NCBI GenBank assembly: GCA_017390525.1
Contig: JAFPBJ010000170.1
Span: 1-61,937 of the forward strand
Direction of reading: 5' to 3'
DNA from: Lachnospiraceae bacterium
GTDB taxonomy: Bacteria > Bacillota > Clostridia > Lachnospirales > Lachnospiraceae
Length of the DNA stretch: 61,937 bases
Every line of letters starts with the position of its first letter. The stretch's first letter is position 1. Both the position numbers and the translations under genes were made by a program. A model generated the notes under the pieces. That model worked only from the letters and a program-made list of their open reading frames with translations. It did not search any database and had not been told where the DNA came from. Positions 1 to 10,404 of the stretch are shown one piece after another.

Positions 1-1
1 A

Positions 2-364
2 CCAGATGGTAGTAAGGTGCGCTACGGCTATTACTTAAATGGAAACTTAAATTACACCATAGACGAAGAAGAACATAAAACCACTTACACCTATAATAAG
101 CTATGGCAGCTCATTATGGTAACAGATGCCAAGGGAAATTCTACTCATTATGAATATGATGAATACGGCAATCAAAATAAGGTAATCGATGCTCTAGGTA
201 ACGAGACGAATTATACCTACAATACGTTCCATGAAGTTACCTCTATGACCGATGCCAAAGGAAATCAGTACACCTATGAGTATGATAAAAACGGCAATCA
301 AACCAAAATAGGCAATCCATTAGGAGAAGAAACAAGATTTACTGTTGGAAGATATAATCGATAA
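2..364 (+). CDS. RHS/YD-repeat protein, 3'-terminal fragment (5' end outside window)
   Basis: Frame is open from the window edge (PDGSKVRYGYY...). It contains tandem YD-repeat units: YTYNKLWQL, DAKGNSTHYEYDEYGNQ, DALGNETNYTYN, DAKGNQYTYEYDKNGNQ. The TAA stop at 362-364 falls inside a repeat unit. Confidence 0.75.
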   Translation, partial: PDGSKVRYGYYLNGNLNYTIDEEEHKTTYTYNKLWQLIMVTDAKGNSTHYEYDEYGNQNKVIDALGNETNYTYNTFHEVTSMTDAKGNQYTYEYDKNGNQTKIGNPLGEETRFTVGRYNR

Positions 365-440
365 TTCATTCATAATTTTTGAAAAACGACGTTTATGGGA
401 ATATTTTTATGAAATTTTCGTAAAATATGTAAGTACACAC

Positions 441-469
441 TTATAATATACAATAAAATGTGATATACT
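441..469 (+). promoter_or_regulatory. Candidate sigma-A promoter with extended -10 for the alarmone synthetase gene
   Basis: TGaTATACT at 461-469 is an extended -10. A weak -35-like TTATAA lies at 441-446, 17 nt upstream of the hexamer. The predicted transcription start near 476 argues against ATG 476 as the start codon. Confidence 0.3.
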
Positions 470-523
470 AAATAGATGCATAAAATTCGGGGTAGTTACC
501 TAAGAATGGAGGAGAGATACACG

Positions 524-1327
524 ATGGAAATACAGTTGTGGAGGGAAATTTTGGCACCCTACCAGTTAGCAGTAGATGAACTTAAGGTAAAATTTGAACA
601 TATAATAAGAGAGCATAGAAGTGCAGGGCTTTACTCACCTATTGAACAAGTAATTGGAAGGGTAAAAAGCATTTCTAGTATTTTGGAAAAGGTACAAAAA
701 AAGCAATGTAGTATTAATCAAATTGAAGAATACTTAGACGATATTGCTGGAATTCGAATTATTTGCCAATTTGTGGAGGATATAGATAAGGTCGTAGATA
801 TTATTAGAAATCGAGAAGATATGACCATAAAAAGTGAGAAGGATTATATTAACCATATGAAGCCAAGTGGATATCGTAGCTATCATATGATTATTAATTA
901 TACGGTTAATACCATGAATGGACCAAAACATATTCGAGCAGAGATTCAAATTAGAACCTTGGCAATGAATTTCTGGGCTACCATTGAACATTCTTTGCAG
1001 TATAAGTATAAGCAAAATATGCCAGCTCATATTCGAGAAAAGCTATCTAGTGCATCAGAGGCAATTATACAGCTAGATGAGGAAATGTCTGCGGTACGAG
1101 ATGAAATTATGGATGCGCAGAACTCCTTTCAGATTAAGGCGAATATTGTGTCGGATATTCTTAACAATATTCAAAATCTATATAAAATCGCAAATAAACG
1201 TGAAATTATTAAGATACAAGACGAGTTTTATAAGGTATATCAGGTGGGAGATATTGAGCAATTAGCCCACTTTAGTAAGCAGCTAGATATTATAGCAGAA
1301 GGGTATCGTGCCCAAAGTCTATCATAA
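524..1327 (+). CDS. Small alarmone synthetase (RelA/SpoT-domain GTP pyrophosphokinase, RelQ/RelP-like)
   Basis: Synthetase-domain motifs: GRVKSISSILEK, DIAGIRIICQF, PSGYRSYHMI, EIQIRTLAMNFWATIEHSLQYKYK. GGAGG at 508-512 precedes ATG 524. The ORF-track start at 476 has no RBS. Confidence 0.85.
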   Translation: MEIQLWREILAPYQLAVDELKVKFEHIIREHRSAGLYSPIEQVIGRVKSISSILEKVQKKQCSINQIEEYLDDIAGIRIICQFVEDIDKVVDIIRNREDMTIKSEKDYINHMKPSGYRSYHMIINYTVNTMNGPKHIRAEIQIRTLAMNFWATIEHSLQYKYKQNMPAHIREKLSSASEAIIQLDEEMSAVRDEIMDAQNSFQIKANIVSDILNNIQNLYKIANKREIIKIQDEFYKVYQVGDIEQLAHFSKQLDIIAEGYRAQSLS

Positions 1328-1346
1328 TACATATTGGAGGAGAAAC

Positions 1347-2705
1347 TTGAATTTACCAGAGAATTTTGTAGATAAAATGAAAAAAATGCTTGGGGAAGAG
1401 TATAAAGATTATGAAAAAAGCTTTGAGGAAGGTGCGTATAAAGGGTTGCGTGTGAATACTCTAAAAATATCCGTGGAGGATTTCTTAAAAATCTCACCCT
1501 TTGAACTGAAAAAGATTCCTTGGACAGAAAATGGATTTTATTATAATAGTGACTTGCAACCAGCTAAGCACCCTTATTATTTTGCGGGGCTATATTATTT
1601 GCAAGAGCCTAGTGCTATGGCACCAGCCTCTTTTTTACCGATTGAAGAAGGGGATAAGGTGCTAGATATTTGTGCGGCACCAGGAGGAAAAACGACGGAA
1701 CTAGCTGCAAAGCTAAATCATACAGGAATGCTAGTTTCAAATGATATTAGTCATTCTAGAGCCAAGGCACTCCTTAAAAATGTAGAATTATTTGGTGCCA
1801 CTAATACAGTAGTATTAAGTGAGCCACCAGTTACCTTGGCAAAACGATTTCCTAAGTTTTTTGACAAGATTTTAATTGATGCTCCTTGCTCTGGAGAAGG
1901 AATGTTTCGAAAGGATCCAGCAATTATTAAAAACTGGGAGCAAAATGGAGAAGAGCCCTACAAAAAGCTACAGTATGAAATTTTAGAAGAGGCACAAAAG
2001 ATGCTTAAGCCTGGTGGAATGATTCTTTATTCAACCTGTACCTTTGCAACTCTTGAAAATGAAACCTCAATTTCAGACTTCCTTAATAACCATAAGGAAT
2101 ATGACATTGTTAAGCTGCCCCTTTATGATGGCTTTGATACGGGACATCCAGAGTGGATTGATTCAGAGTATGAGACCTTAAGAAATGCTAGAAGATTATG
2201 GCCTCACAAAATTAAAGGAGAAGGGCATTTTGTTTGCTTACTTAAGAATCAATTAGAAGAAGAAGCCTCTTGTTTGCTAGATATAAAGGGAAATAAAACA
2301 ATTCCTACTGAATTACAGGAATTTATGGATTTATCAAAAGAATTTTATCAGAATAAAAAGCTGCTTTGTTTTCAGGATAAATGGTATCTTGTTCCAGGAC
2401 AGTGGATTGATACCAAAGGACTTCGTATGCTTCGCTCAGGACTTTATCTTGGAGAAATGAAGAAAAATCGCTTTGAGCCAAGTCAATCTCTTGCTTGTGC
2501 CCTAAAGCAACAGGATTTCTCCCGCTCCATTTCCTTAGAGGCCTCTGATGAAAGAGTAGTTCGCTACTTAAAAGGGGAAACCATTGAGGTTGAAGGTGAG
2601 AATGGTTTAACCTTAGTTTGTGTGGATGGCTTTGGTTTAGGCTGGGGAAAGGTAATAAATGGTAGTTTAAAAAACAAATATTTACCTGGCTGGAGATGGA
2701 TGTAA
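1347..2705 (+). CDS. rsmF: NOL1/NOP2/Sun-family rRNA cytosine-C5 methyltransferase (RsmF/RsmB-like)
   Basis: SAM-binding motif VLDICAAPGGKT, catalytic DAPCSGEGMFRK and YSTCT motifs, and a C-terminal PUA-like extension. A TTG start at 1347 follows GGAGGAG (1337-1343). Confidence 0.8.
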   Translation: MNLPENFVDKMKKMLGEEYKDYEKSFEEGAYKGLRVNTLKISVEDFLKISPFELKKIPWTENGFYYNSDLQPAKHPYYFAGLYYLQEPSAMAPASFLPIEEGDKVLDICAAPGGKTTELAAKLNHTGMLVSNDISHSRAKALLKNVELFGATNTVVLSEPPVTLAKRFPKFFDKILIDAPCSGEGMFRKDPAIIKNWEQNGEEPYKKLQYEILEEAQKMLKPGGMILYSTCTFATLENETSISDFLNNHKEYDIVKLPLYDGFDTGHPEWIDSEYETLRNARRLWPHKIKGEGHFVCLLKNQLEEEASCLLDIKGNKTIPTELQEFMDLSKEFYQNKKLLCFQDKWYLVPGQWIDTKGLRMLRSGLYLGEMKKNRFEPSQSLACALKQQDFSRSISLEASDERVVRYLKGETIEVEGENGLTLVCVDGFGLGWGKVINGSLKNKYLPGWRWM

Positions 2706-3430
2706 TGGAGAAAAAGATTCGATTAGATAAATATTTGGCAGACCTAAATTATGGTACTAGAAGTGAGATTAAGGCCAATATAAAAAAAGGTCAGGCTTTG
2801 GTAAATGGCGAAAAAATCACCTCCTCTGACTATAAGGTATTACCAAGTCAGGATAAGGTTATGTATATGGGAGAGGACGTTTCCTATGTGGATAAGGAGT
2901 ATTATATGCTCAATAAACCACAAAATGTAGTATCTGCCACAAGGGATGATAAATACCAAACCGTACTTGATTTAATTGACCAAAAGAAACGAAAGGATTT
3001 ATTTCCAGTAGGAAGGCTTGATATCGATACGGAAGGCTTATTAATTATTACTAACGATGGTATGCTTTCTCATCAATTATTATCTCCCAAAAAACATGTA
3101 AGTAAAACTTATTTTGCTAAGGTTGCAGGAAAGGTAACAAAGGAGCATATTTCCTTATTTAAAGAAGGACTTAAGGTGGATGAGGAATTTCAGGCGTTGC
3201 CAGCGGATTTAGTGATAAAAGAATCAAGTGAAAATGAAAGTGAAATTTTACTTACAATTTGCGAGGGAAAGTTTCATCAGGTGAAACGAATGTTTGAAGC
3301 AATCGGATGTAAAGTGACTTATTTGAAGCGAATTTCTATGGGGAGTCTTAAGCTTGACGAAGCCCTTAAGTTAGGAGAATATCGCCCTTTAACAAAAGAG
3401 GAAATTAATTTGTTAAAGGAAGGGAAATAG
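2705..3430 (+). CDS. rsuA: RsuA/RluB-family pseudouridine synthase with N-terminal S4 domain
   Basis: S4 motif RLDKYLADLNYGTRSE, catalytic motif PVGRLDIDTEGLLIITNDG, and HQVKRMF. The start overlaps the previous stop (TAATG). Confidence 0.8.
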   Translation: MEKKIRLDKYLADLNYGTRSEIKANIKKGQALVNGEKITSSDYKVLPSQDKVMYMGEDVSYVDKEYYMLNKPQNVVSATRDDKYQTVLDLIDQKKRKDLFPVGRLDIDTEGLLIITNDGMLSHQLLSPKKHVSKTYFAKVAGKVTKEHISLFKEGLKVDEEFQALPADLVIKESSENESEILLTICEGKFHQVKRMFEAIGCKVTYLKRISMGSLKLDEALKLGEYRPLTKEEINLLKEGK

Positions 3431-3456
3431 AATGGGAATTAGAAAGGAAATGCATT

Positions 3457-4116
3457 ATGCTACACGGGAAAAAAGCAGTATTATTTGACTTAGATGGCAC
3501 CTTAATTGATTCTATGTGGGTTTGGTCAGAAATTGATAAGGAATATTTGGGAAGATTTAAGCTAGAGCCACCCAAAGATTTAGCTACTAAGATAGAGGGG
3601 ATGACCTTACTAGAAACTGCTTATTATTTTAAGGAGCAGTTTCCAATTACTGATTCTGTAGATGAAATGGTAACCATTTGGAATGAAATGGCATACGACA
3701 AATATAAAAATCATATTCCATTAAAACCCTATGCAAAGGATTTTCTAGATTTTTTAAAGAAAAAGAAAATCAAAATGGGAATTGGAACAAGTAACTCTTT
3801 AGAATTAACCAAGGTAGCATTACAATCCTTAGGAATTATAGATTATTTTCAAACCATTCAGACTGCTTCTAATGTTTGTGCTGGTAAGCCTGCACCAGAC
3901 ATTTATTTATTAGTGGCAAAGGAATTAAAGGTAAAACCAGAGGAATGTATTGTGTTTGAAGACGTTCCAAGTGGCATTTTAGCAGGGAAGCGAGCCAATA
4001 TGACTACCTGTGGGGTATATGATCAGTGGTCTAAGGAGCTAACAGAGAAGAAAAAGGATATGGCAGATTATTATATTCACAGCTATAAGGAATTACTTAT
4101 GTCAAAGGAAAAATAA
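3457..4116 (+). CDS. HAD-superfamily hydrolase (subfamily IA, beta-phosphoglucomutase-like)
   Basis: Motif I is [17 protein letters not shown] and the C-terminal [16 protein letters not shown] match HAD motifs II-IV. Confidence 0.8.
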   Translation: MLHGKKAVLFDLDGTLIDSMWVWSEIDKEYLGRFKLEPPKDLATKIEGMTLLETAYYFKEQFPITDSVDEMVTIWNEMAYDKYKNHIPLKPYAKDFLDFLKKKKIKMGIGTSNSLELTKVALQSLGIIDYFQTIQTASNVCAGKPAPDIYLLVAKELKVKPEECIVFEDVPSGILAGKRANMTTCGVYDQWSKELTEKKKDMADYYIHSYKELLMSKEK

Positions 4117-4127
4117 GGAGAAGTTCT

Positions 4128-6035
4128 ATGGATTTTTTACCAATTAATAGAGAAGATATGAAAAAAAGAGGCTGGGAACAACCAGATTTTGTATATGTAA
4201 TTGGGGATGCTTATGTAGATCATCCTTCTTTCGGACATGCCATTATTAGTAGAGTGCTAGAAGCCAATGGCTTTAAGGTAGCAATTATTTCTCAACCAGA
4301 TTGGAAGAATGAGGAAAGTATTGCAATTTTTGGTGCACCGAGACTAGGGTTTTTAGTTTCTGGCGGAAATATGGATTCTATGGTAAATCATTATTCTGTT
4401 TCTAAAAAAAGAAGAAGTACAGACGCCTTTACACCAGGTGGTGTTATTGGTAAAAGACCAGATAGAGCAACTACTGTTTATTGTAATCTGATTCGTAGAA
4501 AGTATAAAAAGATTCCTATTATTATTGGGGGAATTGAGGCGAGCTTAAGAAGACTTTCTCACTATGATTATTGGGATAATAAGGTAAAACGCTCTATTTT
4601 ATTAGATTCTCAAGCCGATTTATTGTTATATGGTATGGGAGAAAGATCTATTGTAGAAATGGCGGAAGCACTAGATAGTGGAATTGATATTAAGGATCTA
4701 ACCTTTATTAAGGGAAGCGTATATAAATGTAAAAATCTTGACCATCTTTACGAATATGAAATGCTACCAACCTATCAAGAGGTATTAGATAGTAAAGAAG
4801 AGTATGCAAAAAGCTTTATGCAGCAATATAATAATACGGATCCTTTTTCTTCGAAGATTCTTGTGGAGCAGTATAAGGAGCAGGAATATGTGGTGCAAAA
4901 TACACCAGCACTTCCTCTTAGCACCTCTGAAATGGATAGAGTATATTCTCTTCCTTATATGAGAAATTATCATCCGTCCTATGAAGCATTAGGCGGTGTG
5001 CCAGCTATTTCTGAGGTGAAATTTAGCTTAGTTAGCAATCGTGGCTGCTTTGGGGGCTGTAATTTCTGTGCCCTTACCTTTCATCAAGGTAGAATCATTC
5101 AAACGAGAAGTCATGAATCTATTATAGAGGAAGCGAAAAAAATAGTTTGGGAGCCGGATTTTAAAGGCTATATTCATGATGTAGGTGGACCAACTGCTAA
5201 TTTTAGGCATACCTCCTGTAAAAAACAGCTAGAGCATGGTGTTTGTAAAAATAAACAATGCTTATTCCCAAAGCCTTGTAAGAACTTAACTGTAGACCAT
5301 AAGGATTATTTATCCTTATTAAGAAAATTACGAAATCTTCCTAATGTAAAAAAGGTTTTTGTTCGTTCAGGAATTCGTTTTGACTATTTAATTGAAGATT
5401 CAGATGATACCTTTTTTAAAGAATTATGTGAGCATCATGTAAGTGGACAGCTTAAGGTGGCTCCTGAACATATTGCTCCTAAGGTTCTGGAAAAAATGGG
5501 TAAGCCAGAGAATAGCGTATACCAAAAGTTTGTAAAAAAATTCAAAGCAATCAATGAAAAATTAGGAAAGAAACAATTTTTGGTACCATACCTTATGTCC
5601 TCTCATCCAGGCTCAACTTTAAAAGAAGCCATTGCTTTGGCAGAGTATTTAAGAGAGCTTGGGTATATGCCAGAACAGGTACAGGACTTTTACCCAACAC
5701 CAGCCACTATTTCTACTTGTATGTATTATACAGGCTTAGATCCAAGAACCATGCAGCCTGTTTTTGTACCGAAAAATCCACACGAAAAAGCAATGCAAAG
5801 GGCTTTGATTCAATATCGTAATCCGAAAAATTATGATTTGGTATATGAAGCATTAACCCTAGCTCATAGAGAAGATTTAATTGGATACGGGCCTAAATGT
5901 TTGATTCCACCAAGAAATAAAAAAGGCAGTGGTTCAAAGGGCTATGAACACAAAAAGACTGCTGAAAGTGGAAGTAACAAAAAAGGAAAGAAGAAAACCA
6001 TTCGAAACGTACACAAAAAGCAAAAGAAAAAGTAA
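4128..6035 (+). CDS. ygiQ: YgiQ-family radical SAM protein (UPF0313)
   Basis: N-terminus [34 protein letters not shown], radical-SAM cluster CFGGCNFC, and a Lys-rich C-terminal tail typical of the family. Confidence 0.8.
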   Translation: MDFLPINREDMKKRGWEQPDFVYVIGDAYVDHPSFGHAIISRVLEANGFKVAIISQPDWKNEESIAIFGAPRLGFLVSGGNMDSMVNHYSVSKKRRSTDAFTPGGVIGKRPDRATTVYCNLIRRKYKKIPIIIGGIEASLRRLSHYDYWDNKVKRSILLDSQADLLLYGMGERSIVEMAEALDSGIDIKDLTFIKGSVYKCKNLDHLYEYEMLPTYQEVLDSKEEYAKSFMQQYNNTDPFSSKILVEQYKEQEYVVQNTPALPLSTSEMDRVYSLPYMRNYHPSYEALGGVPAISEVKFSLVSNRGCFGGCNFCALTFHQGRIIQTRSHESIIEEAKKIVWEPDFKGYIHDVGGPTANFRHTSCKKQLEHGVCKNKQCLFPKPCKNLTVDHKDYLSLLRKLRNLPNVKKVFVRSGIRFDYLIEDSDDTFFKELCEHHVSGQLKVAPEHIAPKVLEKMGKPENSVYQKFVKKFKAINEKLGKKQFLVPYLMSSHPGSTLKEAIALAEYLRELGYMPEQVQDFYPTPATISTCMYYTGLDPRTMQPVFVPKNPHEKAMQRALIQYRNPKNYDLVYEALTLAHREDLIGYGPKCLIPPRNKKGSGSKGYEHKKTAESGSNKKGKKKTIRNVHKKQKKK

Positions 6036-6056
6036 CCAAAAAAGGAAGGGTATTTT

Positions 6057-6812
6057 ATGAAAGTTGCAATTATAACTGGGGCTTCATCAGGAATGGGGCA
6101 GGAATTTTTATTTCAGTTATTAGAGGAAAAAAGCCAGCTAGAAGAAATATGGCTGATTGCAAGACGCACTGATAGATTGATGGATATAAAAAAGCAAGTA
6201 ACAGGAGTTAAAATAAAATGTATTTCCTTAGATTTAACAAAGGAAGAGGAATTAGAAACATTTCAAAAGCAGCTTAGGGAAGAAAGACCAGAAGTAAAAT
6301 ATTTGGTAAATGCAGCTGGCTGCGGATTTATTGGAGAGTTTAGAGAAGTACCCTATGAAAAGAATCAAACCATGGTAAGGCTAAATTGTGAAGCGTTAAT
6401 GGCTGTGACCTATTGCGTTTTACCGTATATGCAGGCGGGAGGAGGGATTTATCAATTTGCTTCTTCTGCTGCGTTTTTGCCACAACCAGGTTTCGCAATT
6501 TATGCTGCTACGAAATCCTTTGTTTTAAGCTTTTCTAGGGCATTAAACCAAGAGCTAAAGAAGAAAAAGATTCATGTGCTAGCAATTTGTCCAGGACCTG
6601 TGAAAACAGAATTTTTTGATATAGCAACTACTACAGGAGAGATTAAGTTTTATAAGAAATTATTTATGGCAGATCCTAAGAAGGTCGTTAGAAAAGCAAT
6701 TAAGGATGGAAAGAGAAAGAAACAAGTATCTGTCTATTCTGTTTCCATGAAGCTGTTTCTTTTGATTTCAAAATGCGTACCCCATGCATTTTTAATGAAG
6801 TTTGTTAAGTAA
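6057..6812 (+). CDS. SDR-family oxidoreductase
   Basis: Rossmann motif TGASSGMG, NAAG, and catalytic YAATK. Confidence 0.8.
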   Translation: MKVAIITGASSGMGQEFLFQLLEEKSQLEEIWLIARRTDRLMDIKKQVTGVKIKCISLDLTKEEELETFQKQLREERPEVKYLVNAAGCGFIGEFREVPYEKNQTMVRLNCEALMAVTYCVLPYMQAGGGIYQFASSAAFLPQPGFAIYAATKSFVLSFSRALNQELKKKKIHVLAICPGPVKTEFFDIATTTGEIKFYKKLFMADPKKVVRKAIKDGKRKKQVSVYSVSMKLFLLISKCVPHAFLMKFVK

Positions 6813-6845
6813 ATGGCTAGAAGCTAGTAGAAGGGAGGTTTTCTT

Positions 6846-7403
6846 TTGAAAAAAGGAACCTATGGATATATAAAAGAAAAACGAAAAAGAAGTATAGTAT
6901 GGTCCTTAATCTTTTTGGCGATTATAGTGGGCCTAACCTTAATTGGAGTGGCAATATTTGGCTCAACAAAAAATGTGATTACCATAGCGGTAGCGGTTTT
7001 AACCCTTCCAGCAGCCAGAGTTTGGGTAAGCACCTTTGTGATATTACCATTTCATGGACTAGAGCAGGAAAGCTATGAAAAAATAGAGGGATTTTGTGAA
7101 AAAGAGAAGATTACACCTCTATATGATATGGCAATTTCTTCTACAGAAAAAATCAATTTTTTCCCAGTGCTAATCGTGATAAATGAATCCATTTACGCAA
7201 TGAGCCAAAGCAAAACGAAGGTTGATTTTAACAAAGATAAGAGTAGATTAAATCAGCTAATAAAAAGTACAGGCTTAGAAGGTGGTGTAAACCTAGTAAC
7301 AAAGGCTGAGGAATTAATGGAGCAATTAAGTGAGGTAACCAATAAGCAGTATGGAGAACAAGAAGCAGAGCTAGTGCAAAGAATCGTTACACTTTGTGTT
7401 TAA
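6846..7403 (+). CDS. Hypothetical membrane protein (two predicted TM helices plus a soluble C-terminal domain)
   Basis: TTG start after GGGAGG. Hydrophobic segments are IVWSLIFLAIIVGLTLIGVAIF and ITIAVAVLTLPAARVWVSTFVIL. I recognise no family motif. Confidence 0.5.
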   Translation: MKKGTYGYIKEKRKRSIVWSLIFLAIIVGLTLIGVAIFGSTKNVITIAVAVLTLPAARVWVSTFVILPFHGLEQESYEKIEGFCEKEKITPLYDMAISSTEKINFFPVLIVINESIYAMSQSKTKVDFNKDKSRLNQLIKSTGLEGGVNLVTKAEELMEQLSEVTNKQYGEQEAELVQRIVTLCV

Positions 7404-7452
7404 AATAACGTTAGAAAAAGGCATTGAATACAGCGCAAGAAAAGAGGAAAGT

Positions 7453-8451
7453 ATGCGAGAATTCACCATTTCATCCAAAGAGGCAAACCAAAGATTAGAT
7501 AAGTTTTTACTGAAATATTTAAATGAAGCTCCCAAAAGCTTTATATATAAAATGCTTAGAAAGAAAAACATTGTACTAAATGGAAAAAAAGCAGATGGAA
7601 GTGAAAAATTAAAGGAAAATGACTCTGTAAAGCTATTTTTGTCAGAGGACACCATACATTCCTTTCAATCTAAGAAGGCACTACAAACCACCAATATTAA
7701 TTGGGAGAAGGTTTCTTGGTTTCCCGAGGTGGAAGTAGTTTATCAGGATGAAGACATTATTATTTTAAATAAGCCAGTGGGGGTGCTTTCACAAAAAAGT
7801 AGTCCAAAGGACGTTTCAATGAATGAATATATTATTCAGTACGCCTTGGCTCATAACTTGATTTCTGAGGAGGAGCTACAAACCTTTAAGCCCGCAATTT
7901 GTAATCGATTAGACCGAAATACCAGTGGCTTGGTAGTAGGAGGCTTATCCTTAGCAGGGCTGCAAGAAACAGCAAGCTTACTAAAGGAGCATACCTTAGA
8001 AAAATACTATCTTACCATTGTAAAAGGAAAGCTTGAAGGAACAAAGCTACTAGAAGGCTACCTAGAAAAGGATGAACAGAAAAATAAAGTAGTGGTTTCA
8101 AAGGAGCCAGGTAAAACAGGGAAATATTTAAAGACCAGCTATGAAGTCTTATTAGCAACAGAAGAATTTTCCCTACTTAAGATTAGATTGTATACAGGAA
8201 AAACTCACCAAATCAGAGCACATCTTGCTTCTATCTCTCATCCTGTTATCGGGGATTATAAATATGGAGATGTCAAATTAAATGATGAGCTAAAAAAGAG
8301 GTTTCAGCTAAAGGCGCAATTACTTCATAGCTATCAGCTTCGAATTCCAGAGCAATCAAAAGTTTTGAAACAATTATCAGGCAAAACCTTTACAGCAAAA
8401 AAGACAGAATTATTTCAAAGAATTGAAAAGGAATTGTTTCACTTAACGTAA
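7453..8451 (+). CDS. RluA-family pseudouridine synthase with S4 domain
   Basis: S4-like N-terminus QRLDKFLLKYL, catalytic NRLDRNTSGLVV, and HQIRAHL. ATG 7453 is preceded by AAGAGGAAAG. The ORF-track start at 7396 overlaps the upstream gene. Confidence 0.8.
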   Translation: MREFTISSKEANQRLDKFLLKYLNEAPKSFIYKMLRKKNIVLNGKKADGSEKLKENDSVKLFLSEDTIHSFQSKKALQTTNINWEKVSWFPEVEVVYQDEDIIILNKPVGVLSQKSSPKDVSMNEYIIQYALAHNLISEEELQTFKPAICNRLDRNTSGLVVGGLSLAGLQETASLLKEHTLEKYYLTIVKGKLEGTKLLEGYLEKDEQKNKVVVSKEPGKTGKYLKTSYEVLLATEEFSLLKIRLYTGKTHQIRAHLASISHPVIGDYKYGDVKLNDELKKRFQLKAQLLHSYQLRIPEQSKVLKQLSGKTFTAKKTELFQRIEKELFHLT

Positions 8452-8461
8452 AGAATGGAGA

Positions 8462-9031
8462 ATGAAAATGGCTACTTGGAACTCAAGGGGGCTTAGGGGC
8501 TCTACTTTAGAAGAATTGATTAATTTAACCAATCAGCTCTATCGAGAAAAAAAGCTTGCATTGGTACAAAAAATTCCTACACCCATTAAACCAATTAAAA
8601 TAGACCAGGAAAGTCGTCATATTACCTTGGCATATTTTGACCAAAAGAGTACCGTTGATTATATTGGTGTTGTGCAAGGCTTTCCCATTTGCTTTGATGC
8701 AAAGGAATGTGGAAGTGACCGCTTTTCTTTAAAAAATATTCATTCTCATCAAATGGAATTTATGAAGGAATTTGAAGAACAAGGAGGCATAAGCTTCTTT
8801 CTTATTTATTTTACCAATAGTCAATTATTTTATTATTTAAGGTATGAAGAAGCACTAGAGTATTTTGAGAGAGCAAAAAATGGACATGGGAATTATTTTA
8901 AACAAGAGGAAATCAATCAGGAATATGTGATTTCCTGTAAGAATCAAATACATATTCATTATTTAGAATGTATTAATAAGGACTTACTAAGTCGAAAAAA
9001 AAGAAGCACATTTCACGTTGACAAAAACTAG
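8462..9031 (+). CDS. recU: Holliday junction resolvase RecU
   Basis: RecU-like N-terminus NSRGLRGSTLEELINLTNQLY, plus DYIGVVQG..FDAKE and SHQMEFM motifs. Confidence 0.8.
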   Translation: MKMATWNSRGLRGSTLEELINLTNQLYREKKLALVQKIPTPIKPIKIDQESRHITLAYFDQKSTVDYIGVVQGFPICFDAKECGSDRFSLKNIHSHQMEFMKEFEEQGGISFFLIYFTNSQLFYYLRYEEALEYFERAKNGHGNYFKQEEINQEYVISCKNQIHIHYLECINKDLLSRKKRSTFHVDKN

Positions 9032-9046
9032 AGGTTTTTGTATAAT
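9018..9046 (+). promoter_or_regulatory. Consensus sigma-A promoter of the his operon
   Basis: TTGACA (9018-9023), a 17-nt spacer, then TATAAT (9041-9046). It lies in the 3' end of recU, about 58 nt upstream of the hisZ ATG. Confidence 0.6.
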
Positions 9047-9103
9047 CAAAACCATGATTTAGCAAATTAGTGATTTATCACTTTAACACGATAAAGCGAA
9101 AGG

Positions 9104-10366
9104 ATGAACCATAACATGAAGGATAAGATTTTACATACGCCAGCAGGGGTAAGAGATATTTACAATAAGGAATGTAGAAGAAAGTTAAAGGTGCAAGAAA
9201 CGTTGCATCACGTTCTTGAGCTTTATTGTTATCAAGATATTCAAACTCCAACCTTTGAATTTTTTGATATTTTTAATAGAGAAAAAGGAACTGTAGCATC
9301 TAAGGAAATGTACAAGTTTTTTGACCGAGACAATAATACCTTGGTGTTAAGACCAGATATGACACCATCCATTGCAAGATGTGTGGCAAAATACTTTAAA
9401 GAAGAAAAGCATCCTGTGCGTTTATCTTATGTAGGAAATACCTTTATTAATAATTCTAGCTATCAAGGAAAGCTAAAGGAAACGACTCAGCTTGGAGCAG
9501 AGTTAATTGGAGATGATACCTCAGCAGCAGATGCAGAAATTTTAGCTATGGTAATTGATTCCCTTTTAGCGGTTGGATTAGAGGAATTCCAGGTTGATGT
9601 AGGACATGTAGATTTTTTTAAGGGTATATTTGAAGCAGCAAATATTAACGAAGAACAGGAAGAAAACCTTAAGACCTTAATTGAGAATAAGAACTTCTTT
9701 GGATTAGAAGAAATGGCATCTACCTTAGAGGAATCAGAGCTTAAGGATAGTATGCTACAATTTCATGCTTTATATGGTGGAATGGAAGTGTTAGAAACTG
9801 CCAAAACCCTAGTAAAAAATAAAAAATCTCTAAAGGCAATTGAACGCTTAGAGAAGCTAAAACGCGCTCTTGATAATTATGGCTTTAGCCAATATATTAG
9901 CTTTGATTTAAGTATGGTAAGCCATTATGATTATTATACAGGAATTATTTTTAATGGCTATACATACGGTACAGGAGATGCGTTGGTAAAGGGTGGTCGT
10001 TATGACAATTTACTTCGTCAGTTTGGTAAGGATGCTCCATCCATTGGATATGCCTTTGTAGTAGATGAAGTGTTACTTGCTTTATCAAGACAAAAAATTA
10101 ACGTGCCAATTGAGGTGGATAAAACCTTAGTATTATATCAGCCATCCCAGCAAAAAGCAGCCATTGAAACTGCAAAAAAATTAAGACAAAAGGAAGAGCA
10201 TGTAGAATTGTGCAGAAAATCCTCTCGAAAGGAGCTTGAGTCTTATTTGGAATATTGCAGTGCACAGGAATTTAATACTTGTTTATATTTTGAAGATAGC
10301 ACTCATATAAGAAAGATTACCATTGCTACAAAAGAAGAACAATTAGTTGATGTAAACACACTTTAA
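9104..10366 (+). CDS. hisZ: ATP phosphoribosyltransferase regulatory subunit HisZ (HisRS paralogue)
   Basis: Class-II HisRS-like motifs (GVRD, LRPDMTPSIAR, GGRYDNL) with no anticodon-binding domain. It sits immediately upstream of a short-form hisG. Confidence 0.85.
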   Translation: MNHNMKDKILHTPAGVRDIYNKECRRKLKVQETLHHVLELYCYQDIQTPTFEFFDIFNREKGTVASKEMYKFFDRDNNTLVLRPDMTPSIARCVAKYFKEEKHPVRLSYVGNTFINNSSYQGKLKETTQLGAELIGDDTSAADAEILAMVIDSLLAVGLEEFQVDVGHVDFFKGIFEAANINEEQEENLKTLIENKNFFGLEEMASTLEESELKDSMLQFHALYGGMEVLETAKTLVKNKKSLKAIERLEKLKRALDNYGFSQYISFDLSMVSHYDYYTGIIFNGYTYGTGDALVKGGRYDNLLRQFGKDAPSIGYAFVVDEVLLALSRQKINVPIEVDKTLVLYQPSQQKAAIETAKKLRQKEEHVELCRKSSRKELESYLEYCSAQEFNTCLYFEDSTHIRKITIATKEEQLVDVNTL

Positions 10367-10404
10367 GATAAAATTGAGTTAATCTCAGGAAAATGGAGGA
10401 ATAC

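Noticed and set aside
476-1327. The small alarmone synthetase lies next to an RHS fragment. Could it be a toxSAS toxin or an Rhs-associated effector?
   Set aside because: The sequence carries the ordinary RelQ/RelP-type synthetase motifs. It has its own promoter-like element. It is followed after a 19-nt gap (1328-1346) by a housekeeping rRNA methyltransferase, with no small antitoxin or immunity ORF on either side. It is separated from the RHS stop by non-coding DNA.
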